Part shown: in pieces, positions 53,530 through 62,348 of the stretch
Layout: the number at the start of each line of letters is the position of its first letter
Numbering within the stretch: the first letter of the stretch is position 1
DNA from: Mucilaginibacter sp.
GTDB taxonomy: Bacteria > Bacteroidota > Bacteroidia > Sphingobacteriales > Sphingobacteriaceae
NCBI GenBank assembly: GCA_028288025.1
Contig: JAQBOM010000014.1
Span: 26,477 to 90,476, forward strand
Direction: 5' to 3'
DNA length: 64,000 nucleotides
Program-made: the position numbers and the translations under genes
Notes under the pieces: model-generated
Seen by the model: only the letters and a program-made list of their open reading frames with translations
The model's database searches: none
What the model was told of the DNA's origin: nothing

Positions 53530-53557
53530 TGGCGGAGAGTTAGGGATTCGAACCTAT
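53530..53557 (-). other. 3' fragment of a tRNA-Ser-like gene (T-loop, acceptor 3' strand, discriminator G, CCA); not a complete tRNA
   Basis: The minus strand reads ...ATAGGTTCGAATCCCTAACTCTCCGCCA. GGTTCGAATCC is the T-loop consensus and CTCTCC-G-CCA is a tRNA-Ser-type end. The 5' T-stem partner (TAGGG) and the whole 5' half are missing. Confidence 0.5.
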
Positions 53558-53838
53558 GATATTTTGCTTAATCCATTTTAAGTAAAAAGTGCTTTAGTAT
53601 ATGTAAATGACTATTTTACAAAACCGAACTAAATTAAACTTAGCCTGTATTACAAAATAATTGCTACCAATTTTGCTACCTAATTTTATTGTAATTGCAT
53701 TTCGTTTAAGTTTTTACATAATAAGCGACATTATGTTTCGATATAAAGTGACGAGAATCAACTTTCAACCTGAAATAGGTTAACTTTTTGACAGATACAT
53801 GTTTTGATATTTGTTGTACGGTCCTTATACCGACTGAT

Positions 53839-54891
53839 ATGACTGAAAAAATATTAATTATTGAAGACAACCTCGACATCCGCGAAAATATCGTTGAAAT
53901 CTTGACCCTTGCCGGTTATGTTGTAGATGCAGCAAGCAATGGGAAAACAGGTGTGAGTTCTGCATTGAAAAATGTACCTGATCTTATAATTTGCGATATT
54001 ATGATGCCTGAACTTGATGGTTATAGCGTTTTACATCTTCTAAATAAAAATGCCAACACGGCCGCTATTCCTTTTATTTTTCTAACAGCAAAGGCCGATC
54101 GCGTTGATTTGCGCAAGGGAATGGAAATGGGCGCAGACGATTACCTCACCAAACCATTTGATGATATGGAGTTATTAAATGCGATTGAAATCAGGTTTAA
54201 GAAAAGGCAAGGTCTTAAAAATTTCTATAGTAAATCACTCGACCAACTAACCGCGCTGGTATCAAAGAATAGCGGTTTAGACGAACTAAAAAAAATCATT
54301 AAAGAACGTAAAAGCAGGCAGTTTAAAAAAAATCAAGTCATTTTTTACGAGGGAGATAAAGGGAAGGGACTCTATATTGTAATTACCGGAAAAGTTAAAA
54401 CTGTTAAACAGGCGGAAGACGGGCGTGAATTAATGACTGGTATTTATTCAGCGGATGATTATCTCGGAATAAATGCTATGCTTTCAAACGAGTCATATAC
54501 AGATACTGCTACTGCTTTAGAGGACAGCTTATTATGCGTGATACCAAGGGAACAAGTGGAGCAATTGTTGAATTTGTACCCGGATGTCGCCCGTGAATTC
54601 ATAAATATCTTGTCAAAAGATGTGCGTGAAAAGGAAGAACAAATGCTGCAATTAGCGTACAACTCTGTACGAAAAAAGATGGCCGAAGCCATTTTACGCT
54701 TATTCCGACAGGGTGAAAAATACAAAGAAAGTTTCAAAATATCCCGGGACGACCTCGCCGCAATGTCAGGTATGGCAACAGAAACAGTCAGCCGTACGCT
54801 GTCCGATTTTAGGGACGATGGTCTAATTGAAAAAAAGGGAAGCGTCCTTACAATACTCGATCAGGCTCGACTTGTAAAAATGAAAAACTGA
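53839..54891 (+). CDS. Response-regulator receiver fused to cNMP-binding domain and Crp/Fnr-type HTH
   Basis: Track ORF 53788..54891; the likely start is ATG 53839 (MTEKILIIEDNLDIREN). It has a receiver (CDIMMPELDG...TKP), a cNMP-binding part (VIFYEGDKGKGLYIVITGKVK) and an HTH (SRDDLAAMSGMATETVSRTLSDFRDDGLI). Confidence 0.85.
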   Translation: MTEKILIIEDNLDIRENIVEILTLAGYVVDAASNGKTGVSSALKNVPDLIICDIMMPELDGYSVLHLLNKNANTAAIPFIFLTAKADRVDLRKGMEMGADDYLTKPFDDMELLNAIEIRFKKRQGLKNFYSKSLDQLTALVSKNSGLDELKKIIKERKSRQFKKNQVIFYEGDKGKGLYIVITGKVKTVKQAEDGRELMTGIYSADDYLGINAMLSNESYTDTATALEDSLLCVIPREQVEQLLNLYPDVAREFINILSKDVREKEEQMLQLAYNSVRKKMAEAILRLFRQGEKYKESFKISRDDLAAMSGMATETVSRTLSDFRDDGLIEKKGSVLTILDQARLVKMKN

Positions 54892-54944
54892 CGTACATCA
54901 TTATTCCAACTGATGCTGCTCATAGCACACCGCAGCGTTACCCG

Positions 54945-54952
54945 TATTTTTG
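54945..54952 (+). promoter_or_regulatory. Candidate Bacteroidota -7 promoter element TAnnTTTG (TATTTTTG)
   Basis: It is an exact match to the TAnnTTTG consensus known for Bacteroidota sigma-A promoters. It lies ~10-25 nt upstream of the candidate ATGs at 54963/54975. Confidence 0.35.
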
Positions 54953-54974
54953 TCTATATCAAATGATGTTGAAG

Positions 54975-56015
54975 ATGAAAGCGGTAGCATACAGCGTTAA
55001 ACCATTCGAAAGAGAATTCCTGGCCATGGCTAATCAAAAGAAGCATGATATTACGCTTATATCAAATGCACTAGGCATTGACACCGTAAATTTTGCGAAA
55101 GGAAAAGACGCTGTTATTGTCACTCCAAATGATGATGTTTCAAATGCAGTTATCACAAAACTGGCCGGGCTTGGGATCAAATATATAGCTACACGATCAA
55201 CCGGGACGGATCATATCGATAAAATAATAGCAAAAAGTTGCGGCATTAAGTTGTCTCATGTGCCGTTTTATAACCCGCAGGCAACGGCTGAACATGCCGT
55301 TGCATTGGCTTTTGCACTGAATAGACATCTTATACAGGCCGATTGGAACAGCCACCATTTCGACTTTCGGAATGATGAACTTATTGGATTCAATTTTTCC
55401 GGAAAAACTGTGGGGTTAATTGGCCTGGGGAATACGGGCCGGGCGGCAGCAAGAATATTCAATGGGCTTGGCTGCAAAATAATTGGTTTTGATCGTGCAT
55501 TTCCAAAAGGCGCCTCATATATATTACCTGCTTCCTTAAAGGACCTTTTAAATTCCGCGGACGTAATATCATTGCATTTGCCGCTAACAAAAGAAACAAC
55601 CCACCTTATTCAAAAAGACACACTCGATCAAATGAAAACTGGGGTAATGTTGATAAATACGTCCAGGGGTGCTGTTATTAATACAAAGGATGTGTTATCA
55701 GCGTTAGCAAGTGGCAAGATAGGTTATCTTGGCCTTGATGTTTACGAATACGAAAGAGGATTGTTTTTTAAAGACCACACAAATGATGCGCCAAAAGATC
55801 AGTTGCTCGAAAGGTTGATGGAATACGCCAATGTGTTGATAACGCCGCACCAGGCGTACTTAACGAAAGATGCCCTACAGGAGATCGCCAATCAAACGAT
55901 CAAAAACCTTGATCAATGGCAAATGAACCAATGCCTCGGTAGTGCTTGCGCCTGTGGCAATGGGTGCCAAACACACGAATCGGCCGGAAAGAAAAAGAAG
56001 GATAATGCATACTGA
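54975..56015 (+). CDS. ldhA: D-isomer-specific 2-hydroxyacid dehydrogenase (D-lactate dehydrogenase-like) with Cys-rich C-terminal tail
   Basis: Likely start is MKAVAYSVKPFE. It has VGLIGLGNTGRAAAR (NAD-binding GxGxxG), INTSRGAVI and TPHQAYLT motifs. The unusual tail is CLGSACACGNGCQTH. Confidence 0.8.
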   Translation: MKAVAYSVKPFEREFLAMANQKKHDITLISNALGIDTVNFAKGKDAVIVTPNDDVSNAVITKLAGLGIKYIATRSTGTDHIDKIIAKSCGIKLSHVPFYNPQATAEHAVALAFALNRHLIQADWNSHHFDFRNDELIGFNFSGKTVGLIGLGNTGRAAARIFNGLGCKIIGFDRAFPKGASYILPASLKDLLNSADVISLHLPLTKETTHLIQKDTLDQMKTGVMLINTSRGAVINTKDVLSALASGKIGYLGLDVYEYERGLFFKDHTNDAPKDQLLERLMEYANVLITPHQAYLTKDALQEIANQTIKNLDQWQMNQCLGSACACGNGCQTHESAGKKKKDNAY

Positions 56016-57381
56016 AAAAATATACAACGATTTGTCCGAAAAGTATAACGTGGCTGCTCCGCGTTATACTAGTTATCCGACCATGCCTTATTGGGATGTG
56101 GAACCATTTAATCGGCCAGCCTGGGAGCAATCTGTAAAACTGTCATTTAGCGAAAGCAATGAAAAAGAGGGGATTAGTCTTTACATCCATTTACCATTTT
56201 GCGAAAGCTTGTGTACCTATTGCGGGTGCAATACGCGCATTACAAAAAATCATGGTGTTGAGGAACCTTACATTAAAGCGGTATTAAAGGAATGGAAAAT
56301 GTATAAGGAAATAGTGGGCGAGCCGCCGCTTATTCGTGAAATACATTTGGGCGGGGGCACCCCAACATTTTTTAGTGCTGAAAATTTAAATTTACTTATA
56401 AAGGGCATCCTGGATGATACGCATATTCACCCAAAAGCCGCATTCAGTTTCGAGGCACATCCCGCTAATACTACCGCCGAACATTTACAAACATTGTTTG
56501 ACCTGGGATTTCGCCGCCTAAGCCTTGGTATACAGGATTTTGACCCCAAAGTTCAGCACGTCATTAATCGTTACCAAAGTTTTGAACAAGTGCAATTAGT
56601 AACTATTGAGGCCCGCAGGATAGGTTATACGTCTATTAATTATGATTTGATATACGGGCTTCCGCTACAAACATTTGAAGGGCTGGCAAACAGCATCCAC
56701 CTGGTTGCTGAGTTAATGCCCGACAGGATAGCCTTTTACAGTTATGCGCACGTGCCCTGGATAAAGCCGGGCCAACGGCATTTTACCGAAAAAGATTTAC
56801 CTGATGCGCACGACAAAAGCAAACTATATGAAATAGGCAGGGGACTTTTTAAAGGTTACGGTTATCTAGAAATAGGCATGGATCATTTTGCGCTTGCGGA
56901 CGATGAGCTATTCCTTGCCGGGCGGTCTGGAAACCTTCATAGGAATTTTATGGGTTATACCCATCAGCATACACAACTCCTCATCGGCCTTGGGGTTTCA
57001 TCAATCAGCGACTCCAAATATGCATTTGCTCAAAATGTTAAGGTGGTCGAGGATTATTTGCAAATCGTAAATGGAGGTGAATTGCCGGTTTTTAAGGGCC
57101 ACCTGTTGACGCAGGAGGATTTAGTAATTCGCAAACATATTTTAAACATCATGTGTAAAGGTGATACTAACTGGAATTATCGCGCCGAACCGTTCGGCTC
57201 ATTATTTCCGGCTTTGATCCGTCTTAAGCCTCTGGCTGATGATGGATTAATTGTGCTTACTTCTACGGGCCTGAGAGTAACGCCTGAAGGCAAGCCGTTT
57301 CTCCGCAATATTTGCATGATGCTGGATGCCCGGTTGTGGGCAGGTAGTTCAACTTCGCAGCAATTTAGCATGGCCGTATAA
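56005..57381 (+). CDS. hemN: Oxygen-independent coproporphyrinogen III oxidase (radical SAM)
   Basis: Track ORF 55942..57381; the likely start is ATG 56005 (MHTEKIYNDLSEKYNVAAPRYTSYPT). It has a CESLCTYCGC (CxxxCxxC) cluster motif and GGGTPTF. It overlaps the ldhA-like end by 11 nt. Confidence 0.9.
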   Translation: MHTEKIYNDLSEKYNVAAPRYTSYPTMPYWDVEPFNRPAWEQSVKLSFSESNEKEGISLYIHLPFCESLCTYCGCNTRITKNHGVEEPYIKAVLKEWKMYKEIVGEPPLIREIHLGGGTPTFFSAENLNLLIKGILDDTHIHPKAAFSFEAHPANTTAEHLQTLFDLGFRRLSLGIQDFDPKVQHVINRYQSFEQVQLVTIEARRIGYTSINYDLIYGLPLQTFEGLANSIHLVAELMPDRIAFYSYAHVPWIKPGQRHFTEKDLPDAHDKSKLYEIGRGLFKGYGYLEIGMDHFALADDELFLAGRSGNLHRNFMGYTHQHTQLLIGLGVSSISDSKYAFAQNVKVVEDYLQIVNGGELPVFKGHLLTQEDLVIRKHILNIMCKGDTNWNYRAEPFGSLFPALIRLKPLADDGLIVLTSTGLRVTPEGKPFLRNICMMLDARLWAGSSTSQQFSMAV

Positions 57382-57789
57382 GTATAGATACTCAACTTAA
57401 AATATTATGGGAACATCGAATATGGTTTTAATTATTTTAGTGCTTGGACTGTATTTGGAATAACTTGTTACTTTATTGGAACCCGAAAAGAAATCGATGC
57501 TTTAGCAGCGGATTTCCTCGGTATGGTACCTGGAATTATAGGTCTTATTATAGGTCTTCTATCCCCCCGAAGAGAACCTATTCGTTTCTCCGATCAATTA
57601 CGTAAGTATAAAACATTGTTTGATAGCGGCATAATTATGGAAACTGATACGCTAATCTAAAAGGGAACTTTTTGAACAAAAATAAGTTGAAAAAGCATGA
57701 ACAGACCTGCGGTGAAAGTGTGTGCTGTTATTAGGATACACTTTGCCGAACAGTTTTTGCAAAATTTCTAAATGTTGCACCACATCCCT

Positions 57790-57872
57790 GTCGCAAAACC
57801 TTCGGAAACATGATGTGTGAATTATGTAATTTATCTACAAAATTATATAACGTATACCGTCGCAAAACCTTC
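57790..57872 (+). repeat. Two exact copies of GTCGCAAAACCTTC, 69 nt apart, in the leader of the 58029 operon
   Basis: Copies at 57790-57803 and 57859-57872, read directly. Confidence 0.8.
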
Positions 57873-57950
57873 AAATTTAAGGAATCTTTTAATCCCTAAC
57901 CTGCCAAGGCAATTACTCTTTATACCATCTGATTCATGTCATCTTTAATA

Positions 57951-57964
57951 GTGACGTGGGTCAT
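57951..57964. promoter_or_regulatory. Candidate Crp/Fnr-type operator GTGACGtggGTCAT (TGAC-N4-GTCA core)
   Basis: Palindromic core ~65 nt upstream of ATG 58029. A sister site lies at 61451-61464, and a related GTGACGAGAATCAAC lies upstream of the regulator gene (~53748-53762). Confidence 0.35.
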
Positions 57965-58028
57965 ATTTCCCCTCATCATACCGCGGTAATTTAGCAGTCG
58001 AAAGAAGTTAGAACAGTCACACTATATT

Positions 58029-59369
58029 ATGTCAATCATGAAACTAACACAAAACAAAAAATTTTGGGTAACCGCAACAATTATTCTTTTTTTAGGGTAC
58101 ATAGTAAGCTGTACCAAAAAAGATCAGATCATTACCAACAACGCTCCGGTTAGTACAACCACATTGGTGTCTGTTAAAACCGCAACACCACCTACCATTG
58201 ATGGTGTAATAGACGCCGCATGGAATAATGCGCCCAAACTAAATATTTTACCAACGGTGCCGAATCCGGGTAATGGACTATTTACAGGATATAATGGACA
58301 GGTGTATCCTGCAACGCTACGTTCAATGTACGATGATAAATATATCTACTTTCTGGCCCAATGGAGCGATGCGGAAAAAAGTGTTTATGTGGCCACATGG
58401 TATTTTGACCCTGCTTTAAAAGTGTGGGCGCAGGAGCCAACAGGGAAAGCCTTTGATTCAAATGGCAACTTGATCCGTGATGGTTTTGGTGAGGATAAAT
58501 TTGCAATGCTGTTTAACATTGACAATTCAACTCCGCTGTTTATATCACAATCCTGCTACGCGAGCTGTCATGTGTTTACACCTTATACCAACTACGCTGT
58601 TACGCCAGTTGTCGAGGCTTCAAATGCAAACAGCGGCAACCATTATACGAATGGTGCAAGTGAAAAAATCGATATGTGGTGGGGACATTTAAGCAGAGAC
58701 CTCATTTTTAACCAGATAGACGATAATTACCAGGACTGGGCCGGCGGCCCGGGTGTAACAAGCTTGGTGGGGGGATCGGGTAATGGCCGCCACGTAGATA
58801 ATGTTGTTGTATCAGGAGCGTCAAAAACATGGCCTTTTGCTCCAACATATACAACTGCCGCCGCACAAGGCGCCGTTAATAACAAGCAGTCGCTAAAATT
58901 AGACGGTACAGGTGCTACGGTTAGCGTACCAATGTGGATCATCCCCAATGCTGCCAATTATTATTACATTTTAGCGACCGACACATTAGCGGGCGGTAAA
59001 GCTGTTAAAATTAACGGGGTAAGTTCAACAGGTGTGCTAACCTATACCGGCGGGACAATCGACCCCAATACCGATACTGGCTACCTACGTACAGGTGATG
59101 CAGTTATGGGCGGAGACGGGGCAAAAGCATTTCCGAGTTACATCGCTTCTCCCTTAGTTGGTGGCAGGGCCGATATCACAGGTGCCGCAATTTACACTGG
59201 TACAGGCTGGGTTGTTGAATACAAAAGACTGTTAAAAACTGGTGACCTGTTAAAGCAGGATGTTGATTTTACAAGCCTGCAAGACCAGCAATTTGGTTTC
59301 GCCATCTGGAACAAGTCAAACAACCAGCACGGTATTCAGCCATATCTTACATTGACATTTAAGAAATAG
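58029..59369 (+). CDS. Lipoprotein with ethylbenzene-dehydrogenase-gamma/DOMON-like (haem-binding-type) domain
   Basis: 446 aa with lipobox LGYIVSC. TIDGVIDAAWNNAPKL...YDDKYIYFLAQWSD resembles the EB_dh/CBM9-like fold family. It contains CYASCH (CX3CH) at 58554-58571. Confidence 0.6.
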   Translation: MSIMKLTQNKKFWVTATIILFLGYIVSCTKKDQIITNNAPVSTTTLVSVKTATPPTIDGVIDAAWNNAPKLNILPTVPNPGNGLFTGYNGQVYPATLRSMYDDKYIYFLAQWSDAEKSVYVATWYFDPALKVWAQEPTGKAFDSNGNLIRDGFGEDKFAMLFNIDNSTPLFISQSCYASCHVFTPYTNYAVTPVVEASNANSGNHYTNGASEKIDMWWGHLSRDLIFNQIDDNYQDWAGGPGVTSLVGGSGNGRHVDNVVVSGASKTWPFAPTYTTAAAQGAVNNKQSLKLDGTGATVSVPMWIIPNAANYYYILATDTLAGGKAVKINGVSSTGVLTYTGGTIDPNTDTGYLRTGDAVMGGDGAKAFPSYIASPLVGGRADITGAAIYTGTGWVVEYKRLLKTGDLLKQDVDFTSLQDQQFGFAIWNKSNNQHGIQPYLTLTFKK

Positions 59370-59394
59370 AAAACTGTTTCTAAAACTTAACAAA

Positions 59395-59799
59395 ATGATC
59401 ACGTCAAAGAAAATAATAGGAGTTGGGTTGATTTTAGTGGCGGTATTTGTATTGGTTATAGCCAGTTGTACAAAAAACAACACGGTTGTGATTGACAATA
59501 CTCCGGCCATAACAAGAACAGTAAGTTTTGCAAAAGACATTCAGCCAATTCTAACAAAAAGCTGCGCAGTAAGCGGCTGTCATAGCGGATCGGTAGCACC
59601 AAATTTATCAGAGGCAACATCGTTTAACGCCCTAAGCAGCGGCAATTTTATAAATACAGCATCGCCAAAAAGCAGCGACGTTTATTTGTGGCTTACTGGT
59701 AAAAAAGCGGTAGCCATGCCAGCCGGTGCAGCCAATAATCCTTCAAATATCAACCCTTTAATGCTGGCCTGGATTACCCAGGGAGCCAAAAACAATTAA
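59395..59799 (+). CDS. Small lipoprotein with cytochrome-c-domain-like layout and CX4CH motif
   Basis: 134 aa with lipobox VIASC. DIQPILTKSCAVSGCH...SDVYLWLTGKKAVAMP...LMLAWITQGAKNN. It is a paralogue of 62349..62732. Confidence 0.65.
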   Translation: MITSKKIIGVGLILVAVFVLVIASCTKNNTVVIDNTPAITRTVSFAKDIQPILTKSCAVSGCHSGSVAPNLSEATSFNALSSGNFINTASPKSSDVYLWLTGKKAVAMPAGAANNPSNINPLMLAWITQGAKNN

Positions 59800-59809
59800 A
59801 AGCACAAAA

Positions 59810-60787
59810 ATGAAAAAACGAAATAAATATTCGTCACCGCTATCTTTCGTAGCAACAGTGTGTCTCGTGATTCTATTGTGCGGCAGCTCGTTTAAAGTTG
59901 AGGCTCAAGCTAAAACTGCTAAAAAAGATACTTCCGCTAAAAAAGCCGGCGCTGAGACTGACACTACGGCAGTTGCGCCCGTTAAAAAAACAGCGTATGC
60001 AAAAAACACGTTCGACGGGAATTTTATCATCGATAATCAAACAGTGATGGTCCCGATCAAAGGAACATTTGAATTTGACATACAGCACCGTTTTGGCGTT
60101 GTGAGCAACGGAACCAAAGATTTGTTCGGCATTTTTGGCGGCGCCACCATGAAACTTGGTTTTAGCTATACAGTGGTTAATAATTTACAACTCGGGTTTG
60201 ACGCTACCAATGAAAACATGATCGTTGACTGGAACCTGAAATTTGCGATCCTAAAGCAAACAAAAAGCGGCTCGATGCCGGTAAGCATTACTTATTTTGG
60301 TAATGCAGCAATGGATACGCGGAAAAAGGATAATACAACCTTGTTCGTAACTACTTCGGACCGTTTCAGCTATTTTAACCAGATCATTATAGCCAGAAAG
60401 TTTTCGGACAAAGTTTCGATACAGGTTGCCCCCAGTGTGTCACACTTTAATAACCTGGAGGGGTATTTAGATCCAAATACAGGCAAAGTAATGCCTTTGA
60501 TGAAACATGATAACTTTTCAATCGCTGTTGCTGGTCGGTATAAAATTGCCGAGGGTGTAGCGCTTATGGCAAATTACGACCAGCCACTTACACAGAACCC
60601 GGCAAATAACCCACATCCAAACCTGAGTTTTGGTATTGAAATGAAAACCAGCGGGCACGATTTTGAAGTATTCTTTGGCAATTATAGTTCTTTAATACCA
60701 CAGAATAATAATGTTTTTAATCAAAACGATTTTAAGAAAGGGCAGTTCCTGATCGGGTTCAATATCTCCAGGCTTTGGAATTTTTGA
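59810..60787 (+). CDS. Outer-membrane beta-barrel protein (unknown family; paralogue of 62753..63715)
   Basis: 325 aa with a signal peptide, alternating amphipathic strands and a C-terminal FLIGFNISRLWNF (aromatic terminus typical of OMPs). Confidence 0.7.
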   Translation: MKKRNKYSSPLSFVATVCLVILLCGSSFKVEAQAKTAKKDTSAKKAGAETDTTAVAPVKKTAYAKNTFDGNFIIDNQTVMVPIKGTFEFDIQHRFGVVSNGTKDLFGIFGGATMKLGFSYTVVNNLQLGFDATNENMIVDWNLKFAILKQTKSGSMPVSITYFGNAAMDTRKKDNTTLFVTTSDRFSYFNQIIIARKFSDKVSIQVAPSVSHFNNLEGYLDPNTGKVMPLMKHDNFSIAVAGRYKIAEGVALMANYDQPLTQNPANNPHPNLSFGIEMKTSGHDFEVFFGNYSSLIPQNNNVFNQNDFKKGQFLIGFNISRLWNF

Positions 60788-60821
60788 ATAATTAAATAGC
60801 AATCAGAATAGGATAGGTAAG

Positions 60822-61361
60822 ATGGGTAATAGTTTTTTCATTTATATCCAGACGCTTGAACTGATGGCTTTTTTTGCAGGATATCCATTAATATATGCCA
60901 TTGTCGTTTATATCGCAGACAGCCGGAGGCTAAGCAATAGTCTCATTAGCAGGATAGATTCGTTTTTACCTTTCGCATATGCGTTAGTAGGGACTTTATT
61001 TCTCGGGTTCCAATTAAAAAAACTATATCCCGACTATTCTGCCGCAAATATTAATCAGGTTATTCAACAACCCTGGCTTATTGGCTGGGCGCTGCTTTCT
61101 ATTCTTTTTTGGCTTCCATGGTTTGCCGGGAAAAAGATTTTAAGTTTAATTCACAGTTTTTTATTCTTTTCTTTTTTGATAAAGGACATCATTCTGCAAT
61201 TATTCACCTCATCACGTGATGGAAATATCATTAATAATGATATGAAAGTATATGCCGAAAGCCTTTTCCTCAACCTTGCTTGCATCGCGATTATCGTCTT
61301 CGCATACGGCTTGGTTTTACTTCTAAAAAGGCGATTAAAGCGCTTATCGCCTCCTGTTTAA
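60822..61361 (+). CDS. Integral membrane protein, unknown function
   Basis: 179 aa with about 5 hydrophobic helices. Confidence 0.55.
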   Translation: MGNSFFIYIQTLELMAFFAGYPLIYAIVVYIADSRRLSNSLISRIDSFLPFAYALVGTLFLGFQLKKLYPDYSAANINQVIQQPWLIGWALLSILFWLPWFAGKKILSLIHSFLFFSFLIKDIILQLFTSSRDGNIINNDMKVYAESLFLNLACIAIIVFAYGLVLLLKRRLKRLSPPV

Positions 61362-61450
61362 GCCTTCTTTTCCCGTTGTTGCTCACTATCTTTTCGTGTT
61401 TTAAAAATCTAAAAATCAATGGTTTGATGGCTGCTTGACTTTGACATTGT

Positions 61451-61464
61451 GTGACGAATGTCAT
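61451..61464. promoter_or_regulatory. Candidate Crp/Fnr-type operator GTGACGaatGTCAT
   Basis: It has the same TGAC-N4-GTCA core as 57951-57964 (11/14 identical). It lies ~90 nt upstream of ATG 61555, embedded in TTGACtTTGACattgtGTGACgaaTGTCA. Confidence 0.35.
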
Positions 61465-61554
61465 TTTATTGGCTGATCGAGCGCATATAAATTGAGGCTT
61501 TTAACCAACACCTTTGATTAATTAAAACATTCAATCATTATTTATTAAAATATT

Positions 61555-62331
61555 ATGAAACGTATAGACAACAGGATGCTGATGATTTTTTTAATACTCA
61601 TTAGCGGCATTGGATTAATTGCCAGTTGCGTTCACAAAAATGAGGTATTACCGGCCTCTGCTTCTACAGCAGTGATCATTACTCACGGCAGCCGTATTCA
61701 CCTGCCGGGCTTAGCGGGCGATACCACCAAATGGAAATTCGATAAGGTGCATAGCGCGGTTAACTGGTCGACCCCCTTTCAGGCAGTGGGCGCCCCACTG
61801 ACCGGCAAATTCAATCAATTTGGCATAGCTGATATATCCAGCGCACAAATGCAAAATTATGTTACAGCTGCTCAGCCGTTAGCGGATACCTCCTGGTCGT
61901 TTTATGAAAATCAACCGAAAAAGATACATTTTAGTGGTTATGTCCAGATCAACCAGGTCAACACCGGCGAGCCGGGCCGCGATCAGGGTTGTCTTGTTTC
62001 TACGCTTGGCACATCGGCAATTGTGGCCGGCACCCAAAATCTTACGGTGTCAAATATTGCACTTATTAAAACAACTTCAGTTGATTTTGATCCGCTAAGT
62101 AATGATTACCTGGCAACATTTAATTTCACCTGGCTGGGTAAGATGGGCGCGCCCGTTACTGAATCAATAGTAGGTAGGTTAACTTATGTACCTGCTGCTG
62201 TAACTGGAACACATAAAGAATTTGGCCTGGTGTTAAAATTTCAGATTAATTGCAGGCACTACGGTGTTACCAGTACCAATGTGGCAGATATAATAGCCAT
62301 TGAGGTTCATGCAAATTTCAACAACCAATAA
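61555..62331 (+). CDS. YceI-like lipoprotein
   Basis: 258 aa with lipobox LIASC. KWKFDKVHSAVNWSTPF...APLTGKFNQFG is the YceI-family N-terminal signature. Confidence 0.65.
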   Translation: MKRIDNRMLMIFLILISGIGLIASCVHKNEVLPASASTAVIITHGSRIHLPGLAGDTTKWKFDKVHSAVNWSTPFQAVGAPLTGKFNQFGIADISSAQMQNYVTAAQPLADTSWSFYENQPKKIHFSGYVQINQVNTGEPGRDQGCLVSTLGTSAIVAGTQNLTVSNIALIKTTSVDFDPLSNDYLATFNFTWLGKMGAPVTESIVGRLTYVPAAVTGTHKEFGLVLKFQINCRHYGVTSTNVADIIAIEVHANFNNQ

Positions 62332-62348
62332 TTACTAAATAAATCACC

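Noticed and set aside
57390-57659. Possible small membrane protein with SHOCT-like tail (..FSAWTVFGITCYFIGTRKEIDALAADFLGMVPGIIGLIIGLLSPRREPIRFSDQLRKYKTLFDSGIIMETDTLI*)
   Set aside because: The open frame has no ATG/GTG/TTG near its 5' end; the first Met leaves only 45 aa. The SHOCT-like motif is truncated after GII. It is probably a decayed gene remnant, so I did not list it as a feature.
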